A stretch of DNA of 64,000 bases from Mobula hypostoma. Lineage: Eukaryota. The position numbers and the translations under genes are program-made. The DNA lies in contig NC_086097.1 of assembly GCF_963921235.1 (NCBI RefSeq), forward strand, positions 1,240,001 to 1,304,000, read 5' to 3'. Positions 38,090 through 48,300 of this stretch are shown here, one piece after another; positions within the stretch are counted from its first letter, which is position 1; the number at the start of each line of letters is the position of its first letter. The notes under the pieces are model-generated. The model did not search any database and was not told the origin of the DNA. It saw nothing but the letters and a program-made list of their open reading frames with translations.

Positions 38090-38228
38090 TATACCTCAGA
38101 TAAATATTATGTGGAGATTTATGCAAATATGATTATATGATATAAAATATGTACAATATCTGAAATACATCTTATCGAAATGTTTGTTTGATGATGAACT
38201 TCAATAAAATATAGATTACAAAAAAAAA

Positions 38229-38392
38229 GGATTCGTCTCCTTTCGGATTAACCGGGTCATGATATGAATGTTCCTGACTCGACCCTTTTTTTTTTACGAG
38301 GCCTAGCGGCTAACTCAACGCTCAACCCAGCATGGATGAAAAACGTGCTCGGGGGCTGACCTGACTCGGATTCGAACTCGGGAGCCTTTGCA
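38229..38392 (-). mobile_element. tRNA-derived SINE fragment (same family as 59667-59818)
   Basis: Minus-strand B box GAGTTCGAATCC; shares its body (ggattaaccgggtcatgatatgaatgttcctgactcgaccc) with the 59667 copy. Confidence 0.65.
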
Positions 38393-38659
38393 TTGTCGAA
38401 AACAATGGAACCCCAGAATATTGAGCTGCTACTCCTGCCCCTCCTGCAACCAAGTCTCACTAATGGCTACAATATCCCAATTCCACGTGCCAATCCACGT
38501 GAAGGAAACAATAAATAAAGCAGGGAAAACATCTACCTTGAGCTTTTTCATCTTCTCTCACTCAAGCCTCTGTGAGTGAAATCAAATACCACAGTGGCAT
38601 TTATGAGGTTGTTAGATAGACCCATGAATATGCAGGAAATGGAGGGAGATTGATCTTAT

Positions 38660-40160
38660 AAGGGCCTGTTAGCCTGACCTCAGTGGTTGGGAAGATTTTA
38701 GAGTCAATTGTTAAGGATGAGGTGATGGAGTACTTGGTGACACAGGGCAAGGTAGTACAAAGTTAGCATACTTTTCTTCAGGGAAAATTCTGCCTGATGA
38801 ACCTGTTGGAATTCTTTGAGAAGATTACAAGTAGGATAGATAAAGAGGATGCAGTGGAGGCTGTGTATTTGGACTTTCAGAAGACCTTTGACAAGGTGCC
38901 ATACATGAGGCTGCTTACCAAGTAAGAGCCCATGGTAACACAGGAAAGTTACTGCCATGGTTAGAGCATTGGCTGATTGGTAGGTGGCAGCAAGTGGGAA
39001 TAAAAGGATCCTTTTCTGGTCGGCTGCCAGTGACTAGTAGTGTTCCACAGGGATCGGTGTTGGGACCACTTCTTTTTATGCCGTAAATAAATGATTTAGA
39101 TGTTGGAATAGATGACTTTGTTGCCAAGTTTGCAGATGATACGAAATTGGTGGAGGGGCAGGTAGTATTGAGGAAACAGGTAAGATGCAGAAGAACTTAG
39201 GCAGATTAGGAGAATGGGTAAGGAAGTGGCAATTGGAATACAGGTCGACCTTCACTAATCTGGCACCATTGGGACCTGAGGAGTGCCGGATAAGTGAAGG
39301 AACCGGATTACAGGTAGTTGGATTAGTGAAGGTCGACCTGTACAATGTTGGAAAATGCATGGTCATGCACTTTGGTAGTAGAAATAAATGTGCAGACTGT
39401 TTTTGAAATGGGGAGAAATTCCAGGAATCTGAGATGCAGAGGGACTTGGGAGTCCTTGTGCAGAACACCCTGAAAGTTAACTTGCAGGTAGAGTCGGTGG
39501 TGAGGAAGGCAAATGCCATGTTAGCATTTATTTCAAGAGGTCTAGAATACAAGAGCAGGGATGTGATGCTGAGGCTTTATAAGACACTGGTGAGGTCTCA
39601 CCTTGAGTATTGTGAACAGTTTTGGGCCCCTCATCTTAGAAAAGATGTGCTGGCATTGGAGAGGGTCCAGAGGAGGTTCACAAGGATGATTCCAGGAATG
39701 AAAAGTTTATCATATGAGGAACGTTTGATGGCTCTGGGTCTGTACTTGCCGGAATTCAGAAGGATGAGGGGGGATCTCATTGAAACTTTTCGAATGTTGA
39801 AAGGCCTGGACAGAATAAATGTGGAAAGGGTATTTCCCAGAGTGGAAGAGTCTAGGACAAGAGGGCACAGCCTCAGGATAGAGGGGCACGCTTTCAAAAC
39901 AGAGATGCGGAGAAATTTCTTTAGCCAGAGGTTGGTGATTTTGTGGAATTTGTTGCCACCTGCAGCTGTGGAGGCAGGTTGGTGGGTGTATTTAAGGCAG
40001 AGATTGATAGGTTCTTGTTTGGACATGGCATAAAAAGTTACGGGGAGAAGGTCGGGAACTGGGGTTGAGGAGGAGATAGAAAAAATGGATTAGCCATGAT
40101 TGAATGGCAGAGCAGACTGAATGGGCCAGATGGCTTAATTCTGCTCCTATGTCTTATGGT
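38660..40160 (+). mobile_element. 5'-truncated CR1 (RT to 3' UTR) containing a MITE
   Basis: ORF 39434-40033 is the CR1 C-terminus; tail tgtcttatggt. Confidence 0.88.
39241..39340. mobile_element. 100-bp Tc1/mariner-pogo type MITE
   Basis: TA|CAGGTCGACCTTCACTAATC ... GATTAGTGAAGGTCGACCTG|TA: perfect 20-bp TIRs and a TA TSD. Removing it restores the CR1 sequence gaaTAcaatgttgg. Confidence 0.9.
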
Positions 40161-40652
40161 CAGAAGAGCTTTAATTTAATTGGTGCAGACATCTGCGATT
40201 TAAAAAAAATGAAGGCTATGTGGGAGTGAAGGGTTAGATTGATCTTAGAGTAGGTTAAAACATTGGCACAATATTGAGGGCTGAAGGACCTGTATTACAC
40301 TATAATGTTCTATGTTCTATCTAAAAATTTCCTCCTACACAGAATCAGATTATCCCTATACAGCCCATTTTTCTGGCATCTAGCTGAGAGTCTCTTAAAT
40401 GTCTCTAATAATGCATTTGCCTTTACTACCACCTTGGTAGCAAGTTCCTTCACCCATCAATTTGTGTAAAACACCCCTTGCAACATCCCCCTGCAACCTT
40501 CCTCCAAACAACTTCCTTGAAATGATAATATTGAAGGTAGCCCCATCATGATATATGTGGATTTACATTGACATATCAAATCTCTGCTTCACAGCTGTAT
40601 CTAAGCACTGAATTTAATGCAAGGTTTGAGATAAATGCAGAATCTTCCTTAC

Positions 40653-40764
40653 CCGTTAGTACAGTTCCCACGAAGAGAAATACAAAAATGAAAATATTTC
40701 CTGCCTTCGTTCCAAAGTAATCAATGAGTTTTCCCTGTGAGATGGTGAAGATGATTCCAAAAAC
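40653..40764 (-). CDS. FLVCR2: FLVCR2-like MFS transporter, internal coding exon (likely exon 8 equivalent)
   Basis: tttgtatttcAG|112 bp|GTaagg, encoding [48 protein letters not shown] matches FLVCR2 rather than FLVCR1 as I recall them. Confidence 0.95.
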
Positions 40765-42084
40765 CTGAAATACAAACAATAAACACAGATACAGGTAACA
40801 TGGTGTGACCCTGGTAGTGGACGCCCACCATGCCCTCCCACGTGTAATATGTTGTTCTCCTGATTTCTAACATTTTCTCAGTCATGGAATCATACATATT
40901 CAGCCCAATTCATCCACACCAAGGAAAGGACACCCTTCCAAACGAACCCCCTCACCCAGTACTTGGCTCATAGCTCTGACCCAATGTCCTGCCCCATTCC
41001 CAGACTACTTCCCACTTGGGGCTGATCCCGAGTGACCCAGTTCTCATGCTGGCCCTGTTATGTTGATATTTTTTGTGTTGACGCAGAGCACACTTTACCA
41101 ACTCTATGTAAAATACGTCACCCCTGTCTCACCAAATTCCAATACAAGTAATCGTTATTCCCATTCTGTTACAAGTTCCTTCTACACTGTGGTTCATTCA
41201 TTCAAATATCTCTCTTATTTGAAACAGTGAACCCCATGTTTAAATTTGTAATCCAATTACCCTTTTAAGCTAAATTTTTGCCAACTTTCCTCCTTCTGTC
41301 ACTTTTTGCAGCTTGTCCCACTAAGTAAATCCTGCTGATGAATACTTTTAATCCACCCTGTAACACTGACACTTCAATACAATATCTGAAGGTCATGTCT
41401 CAATGCCCTCAGTTAGAGTCATGTTTAGCTTCAAACATCACCTGATATCCGTTGGCATCAACACTTAAGACAGTGACATATTTTCTTGCAGTTCACAGCA
41501 ACTTTAAATCAACTGTGGAAGCAAATTTTGATAAAGAAAAATGTTTTTCCAAAACCAGTGCTCAAGACTTCATATATAGGAGCAGAATTAGGCCAGATGG
41601 CACATCAAGTCTGCTCCACCATTCCATCATAGCTAATTTATTTTCCCCTCTCACTCCATTCTCTTCCTTTTTCTGGGAACTGTATGTACCTTGGTCCAGG
41701 TATGTATGCTTGTTGCAGGCATGTGCTGTAAGAATTTCACTTTCAATGTGACTGGGATCTCCAAGCTAAAATTCATGCTGGGTAGGATAGTGGATCATTA
41801 CTTAGTAAAACTAGCAGCACCGCAAGCCCCACAACAGATCGATGTTCTTTATCAGCTGAGGAAGGAGGAACCCACAGATAGCAGTGTACAATTACAAAGA
41901 GAGGGGCAAGTATCTGGCCTGTGGAGAGAGTTTAATGAGCAAGAGGGTGCAGGGAGGAACAATTATACACTGCTGCATTAGGCCATAACTAAGACACATC
42001 TGTCTTAATGATACCCCCAATGTGGACAAGTCACTGGGCACGTGAGATCAACGGAAGTCCGAATAAGTGTACAAACGTGCTTAC

Positions 42085-42190
42085 CTGTGCAGCCTCATTG
42101 AGCAGTCCCGAAGAGGTTCCCTCAGACTCAGGGTAGGTGAGCTCTGCACCAAACTCAAAGCCAAGTGGTAGATAACCAGTCATAAAGAAC
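42085..42190 (-). CDS. FLVCR2: FLVCR2-like MFS transporter, internal coding exon (likely exon 7 equivalent)
   Basis: cataatcAG|106 bp|GTaagc, encoding [36 protein letters not shown], the signature FLVCR/SLC49 motif. Confidence 0.96.
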
Positions 42191-42701
42191 CTGATTATGA
42201 AACAGGTAAAGTGCAAGACACCATCCGGAACAGTTCTGTCATTAAGATTGTAAACTAAGCAAATATTAGTTAGCACAAGTTATGAACTTAACTTTTGAAC
42301 TGGACTGCTGCTGGGAAATGGGGATTATGGAAGCTCCAAGACCCCATGAGTGACTGTTGGTCCTCAGGAGCAACTTGCCATATCTGCTGTACCACTGCAC
42401 AGGGCTGTAATATAGTTTTGTTGCATGCAAAGAAAGCCAAGGGGAGAAGGTGACAGCAGGCTTATTCCCCAGAAGGATAGTGCTATTCAGTTGGGACTTT
42501 ACAGCAATTCGACACTTCATGCATACTTTGCGTGGAATGGGCTGCCAGTAATGGTGGTGGAAGCTGATACAATAGGGTCTTTTAAGAGACTCCTGGATAG
42601 GTACACGGAGCTTAGAAAAATAGAGGGCTATGGGTAACCCTAGGTAATTTCTAAAGTAAGTACACTTTGGCATAGCATTGTGGGCCAAAGGGCCTGTATT
42701 A

Positions 42702-42890
42702 TGCAACACACACAAAACGCTGGTGGAACGCAGCAGGCCAGGCAGCATCTATAGGAAGAAGTACAGTCGACGTCTTGGCCTGAAACATCGACTATACTTC
42801 TTCATATAGATGCTGCCTGGCCTGCTGCATTCCACCAGCATTTTGTGTGTGTTGCTTGAATTTCCAGTATCTGCAGATTTCCTCGTGTTC
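42702..42890. repeat. Palindromic Penelope-end-derived short repeat (relatives at 14193-14280, 50735-50930 and 60810-61035)
   Basis: caacacacacaaaacgctggtggaacgcagcaggccaggcagcatctat ... atagatgctgcctggcctgctgcattccaccagcattttgtgtgtgttg: inverted arms matching the end of the Penelope-like elements at 29990 and 56830. Confidence 0.75.
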
Positions 42891-42899
42891 ACGTTCTAC

Positions 42900-43290
42900 C
42901 CATGCTAGTACCTTTCCTGTAATACCATGGGCTCTGTCTCGTTAGGCAGCCTAATGTGTGGCACCTTGTCAAAAGCTTTCTGAAAATCCAAGTGAACAAC
43001 ATCTGCTGGCTTTCCTTTGTCTATACTACCTGGTATTTCCCCAAAGAATTCCAACAGATTCATCAGGCAAGAATTCCTATTTACAAAACCACGCTGGCCT
43101 ATTTTAACTTGTGCCTCCAAGTAGCCCAATCTTCATCCTTAGTAACAGACTCCCAACATCTTTTCAACCACTGCGGTCAGACTGACTGGCCTATAATTTC
43201 CTTTCTTCTGCCTCCCTCCCTAAAGAATGCAATTTTCCAGTCCTCAGGAATCACTCCAAAATCTATTGATTCTTGAAAGATCATTAGTAA
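42900..43290 (-). mobile_element. CR1 RT fragment
   Basis: NLLEFFGE...DFQKAFDKVPH on the minus strand. Confidence 0.8.
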
Positions 43291-43299
43291 TGCCTCCAC

Positions 43300-45378
43300 C
43301 TGTTGTGCAGGAGGGAAGGAGGGAGAAAAGGAATGCAGTAGTCATAGGGGATTCCATAGTTAGGGGAACGGACAGGAGATTCTGTGAGCCTGACAGAGAT
43401 ACCCGCATGGTGTGTTGCCTCCCAGGTGCCAGGGTACGGAATGTCTCAGATCGGGTCCTGGATATTCTGAAGGGAGAGGGCGAGCAGCCAGTTGTCTTGG
43501 TACATGTTGGTACCAATGACACAGAGAGGACAAAGGAGGAGGTCCTGAAGAGAGATTTCCGGGAGTTAGGAAGGAAGCTAAGAAGCAGGACCTCCAGGGT
43601 AGTAATCTCAGGATTGCTACCTGTGCCATGTGCTAGCGAGGGCAAGAATAGTAGGATCAGGCAGATGAATGTGCGGCTGAGGGACTGGTGCAGGGGACAG
43701 GGCTTCAGATTCTTGGATCATTGGGATCTCTTCTGGGGGAAGTATGACCTGTTCAAAAAGGACGGGTTACACATAAACCCGAAGGGGACCAATATCCTGG
43801 CAGGAAGGTTTAATAGAGCTGTTGGGGGGGTTTAAACTATTTTGGCAGGGGCTTGGGAACTGGAATGATAGAGCAGAGGAAGGGGAAAACAGAAATAAAT
43901 CTAAGATAGTGAGCAGTAAAGCTGTCAGGAAGGACAGGCAGGTGATGGGGCAAATTTACAGCCATTGGGATGAGTTGCAGTGGATTCAAAGCAAAAAGTA
44001 CCAAATACTGGACTTAAGGTGTTATACTTAAATGCGTAAGGAATAAGGTGGATGATCTTGTCGTACAGCTACAGATTGGCAGGTATGATATTGTGGCCAT
44101 CACTGAGACCTGGCTAAAGGATGCATGTCCCTGGGAGCTGAACGTCCAAGGATACACGGTGTATCGGAAGGATAGGAAGGTAGGCAGAGGGGGAGGCGTG
44201 GCTTTATTGGTAAGAAATGATATTAAATCGTTAGAAAGAGGTGATATAGGATTGGAAGGTGCAGAATCTTTTTGGGTTGAGCTAAGAAATTACAGGGGTA
44301 AAAGGACCCTGATGGCAGTTATATACAGGGCGCCAAACAGCTGCAGTGATGTGGACTACAAATTACAACAGGAAATAGAAAAGGCTTGTCAGAAGGGCAG
44401 TGTTATGATAATTGTGGGGATTTTAACATGCAAGTGGATTGGGAAAATCAGGTTGGCACTGGATCTCAAGAGAGAGAATTTGTAGAATGTCAATGAGATG
44501 GCTTCTTAGAACAGCTTGTTGTTGAGCCCACCAGAGCAGAGAAGTGGCAAATGAAATACAATGTTGGAATGTGTATGGTTATGCACTTTGGTAGAAGAAA
44601 TAAACGGACAGACTATTATTTAAATGGGGAGAGAATTCAAAGTTCTGAGATGCAACGGGACTTGGGAGTCCTCGTACAGGATTCCCTTAAGGTTAACCTC
44701 CAGGTTGAGTCGGTGGTGAAGAAGGTGAATGCAATGTTGGCATTCATTTCTAGAGGAATAGAGTATAGGAGCAGGGATGTGATGTTGAGGCTCTATAAGG
44801 CACTGGTGAGACCTCACTTGGAGTACTGTGTGCAGTTTTGGGCTCCTTATTTAAGAAAGGATGTGCTGACGTTGGAGAGGGTACAGAGAAGATTCACTAG
44901 AATGATTCCGGGAATGAGAGGGTTAACATATGAGGAACGTTTGTCCGCTCTTGGATTGTATTCCTTGGAGTTTAGAAGAATGAGGGGAGACCTCATAGAA
45001 ACATTTCGAACGTTGAAAGGCATGGACAGAGTGGATGTGGCAAAGTTGTTTCCCATGGTGGGGGAGTCTAGTACGAGAGGGCATGACTTAAGGATTGAAG
45101 GACGCCCATTCAGAACAGAGATGCGAAGAAATTTTTTTAGCCAGAGGATGGTGAATCTATGGAATTTATTGCCACGGGCGGCAGTGGAGGCCAAGTTATT
45201 GGGTGTATTTAAGGCAGAGATTGATGGGTATCTGAGTAGCCAGGGCATCAAAGGTTATGGTGAGAAGGCGGGGGAGTGGGACTAAATGGGAGAATGGATC
45301 AGCTCATGATAAAATGGCGGAGCAGACTCGATGGGCCGAATGGCCGACTTCTGCTCCTTCGTCCTACGGTCGTATGGT
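43300..45378 (+). mobile_element. CR1 with ORF1 esterase, APE start, a large internal deletion at about 44535, then C-terminus and 3' UTR
   Basis: VIGDSIVRG...VHVGTND...DGLHIN (SGNH-like); AITETWL; 244-aa C-terminal ORF 44551-45285. Confidence 0.88.
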
Positions 45379-48300
45379 AGTAATCTCAGGATTGCTGTCT
45401 GTGCCACGTGACAGTGAGCACAGGAATAGAATGAGGTGGAGGATAAATGTGTGGTTGAAGAAATGGAGCAGGGGGCAGGGATTCAGATTTCTGGATAACT
45501 GGGACCTCTTTTGGAGAAGGTGGAACCTGTACAAATGGGTCAGGTTGCACTTGAATCCGAAGGGGATCGATATTCCTGTGGGCAGGTTCACTGGAGCTGT
45601 TGGGAGTGGTTTTAAAGTAATATTGCAGGGGCGATGGGAACCAGTATGATAGAGCTGAGAAAGTAGCTGATGGGTGTAACATGAATGTAAGGAAGGACAA
45701 GTCAAATATTGGGTACAAATGAAAAAAGATCAAACAGTTAAATTATACCATTGAGGCAAAATTCAAAAGGGTGAAGAATGCAGGACTGAAGGTACGGTAT
45801 TTACATACGTGTAGCATTCGGAAGAAGGTGGACAAACACATGGCGCAATTAGAGATTGGTTGTTATGATGTTGTGGCTGAACATCGTGAACATCGAAGGT
45901 TGGGAGCTCATCATCAAAGGATATACTTTGTATGGAAAGAACAGGTAGGAGACACAGGCGGTGGTGTGGCTCTGTTGGTAAGAGATGGAATTACGTCTTT
46001 AGAAAGAGGTGACATAGGGTCAAAGAATGTTGAATTTTTTTCAGAGTTATGAAACTGCAAGGGTTAAAAGACCATATCGGAATTATTTGGGCCCCAAACA
46101 GTAGCCAAGTTGTGGGGCTGAGATTGCAAAGGGAGCTGGAAAAGGCATGTTACAAGGTAATGACACAATTGTAATGTGGAATTTCAATATGCAAGGGGTT
46201 TGGGAAAATCAGGTTGGTGTCGGATCGCAAGAGAAGGAATTTGTTGAATGCCTACGAGATGGCCTTTTAGAGCAGTTTGTGCTTGAGCCTACTTGGGGAA
46301 AGACCATCTTAGATTGGGTGTTGCGTAATAACCCAGATCTTATTAGGGTAAAGGTGCCAGGGTCCAGGATGTTTCTGATCATGTCCACGATATCCTGAAG
46401 TGGGAAGGAGAACAGCCAGAGGTCATGGTACATATTGGTACCAACAACATAGGTAGGAAAAGGGAGGAGGTCCTGAAAGCAGACTACAGGGAATTAGGAA
46501 AGAAGTTGAGAAGCAGGACCTCAAAGGTAGTAATCTCAGGATTATTGCCTGTGCCACGTGACAGTGAGTATAGGAATAAAATGAGGTGGAGGATAAATGC
46601 ACGGCTGACGGATTGGAGCAAGGGGTAGGGATTCAGATTTCTGGATCATTGCGACCTCTTTTGGGGCTGGTGTGACCTGTACAAAAAGGACGGGTTGCAC
46701 TTGACTCCAAAGTGGACCAATATCCTGGCAGGGAGGTTTGCTAAGGCTATTGGGAAGAGTTTCAACTAGAATTGCTGGGGTGTGGGAACTAAACTGAAGA
46801 GACGGAGGAAGGGGCTGTTGGCTCACAAATAGAGAAAGCTCGAAGACAGTGCGAGAGGGAGGATAGGCAGGTGATAGAGAAGGAATGTGCTCAGACCAAT
46901 GGTTTGAGATGTGTCTATTTTAACGCAAGGAGTATTGTGAACAAAGCAAATGAGCTTAGAGCGTGGATCAGTACTTGGAGCTATGATGTTGTGGCCATTA
47001 CAGAGACTTGGATGGCTCAGGGGCAGGAATGGTTACTTCGAGTGTCAGGCTTTAGATGTTTCAGAAAGGACAGGGAGGGAGGCAAAAGAGGTGGGAGCAT
47101 GGCACTGTTGATTACAGATAGTGTTATGGCTGCAGAAAAGGAGGAAGACATGGAGGGACTGTCTACAGAATCTCTGCAGGTGGAACAGGAAGGATTCAAT
47201 AACTCAACTGGGTGTTTTTTATACACCACCCAATGGTAACAGGGATATCGAGGAGCAGATAGGGATACAGATTCTGGTAAGGTGTAATAATAAGAGTTGT
47301 CGTGATGGGAGATTTTAATAGCGGGAGAAGATGATGGCATGACACAGTGCGCGCGGCCTCTCTGGTGATGAATACCTGTTATCTGTCAAGTAGGACACCG
47401 TGCACAATTCTGATTTGATGGAGGCAGACGTGAGAGCACGGAGGAACATCTGGAGAAACTTCTGAAATGCCTGTTTTGCTGCCACCGCTACTGTGTGATC
47501 TGAAATCTCCGGAGGGGAAGGCCCTGAACCCTCCGCTTTGCCTGTTGCTTGGCGGCCAGGGCCGGAGTCGAAGCGCTTGGCAGAGGTGGTGCTCAGCGCT
47601 CAGTATCGGAGTCGGAGGGCTGGTTGGAGGCTCGAAGTTTTCGGACGGTCTCAGAGTCGGACCGTGGTCAGGTGCTTCCAGGATGCTGCATCGGCAAGTT
47701 TGCGGCGCTGGAAGCTCATGGCAGGAAGAGTTTCTCCCTTCTACCGTCTGCGTAAGATGTTGGGGCTATCGGGACTTCGAGACTTTTTTTTTACCGTGCC
47801 CATGGTCTGCTCTTATCAAATTACAGTATTGCTTTGCACTGTTGTAACTATATGTTATAATTATGTGGTTTTGTCAGTTTTAGTCTTGGTCTGTCTTGTG
47901 TTTCTGTGATATCATACTGGAGGAACATTGTATCATTTTTTTAATGCATGCGTTACTAAATGACAATAAACGAGGACTGAGTGTCCTCATAATCTAAAAA
48001 AAAAATCTAATTTACCAGATATCGATTGGCATCTCCCTAGAGCAAGGGGTTTAGATGGGGAGGCGTTTGTTAGGTGTGTTCAGGAAGGTTTCTATCTCCT
48101 TTACAATAGCACTGGAGAGAGATAAGAATAGACAAGTTAGAAAAGTGTTTAACTGGAGTAAGGGGAAATATGAGGCTATCAGGCAGGAACTTGCAAGCTT
48201 AAATTGGGAACAGATGTTCTCAGGGAAAGGTATGGAAGAAATGTGGCAAAGTTCAGGGGATATTTGTGTGGAGTTCTGTATAGGTATATTCCAATGAGAC

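Larger units (their letters stand above)
27790..38228 (+). mobile_element. Fragmented L1-clade LINE (pieces about 27790-28240, 28980-29440, 31285-31597, 36085-36520, 38092-38228)
   Basis: ORF1 coiled coil plus EGRSRQKNIRIYNVPEGVE; ORF2 start KFISFNVNGLLNPIK...HLQEIHL; C-terminal CWRNCG and YWSGIH...RKWL; AATAAA at 38203-38208 followed by an A tail. Pieces are in collinear order. Confidence 0.8.

Noticed and set aside
43227..43835. SGNH/GDSL esterase-like ORF as a host or horizontally acquired enzyme
   Set aside because: It sits directly upstream of CR1 APE sequence and recurs at 10915, 13133, 45380 and 46425; this is the known CR1 ORF1 esterase domain.
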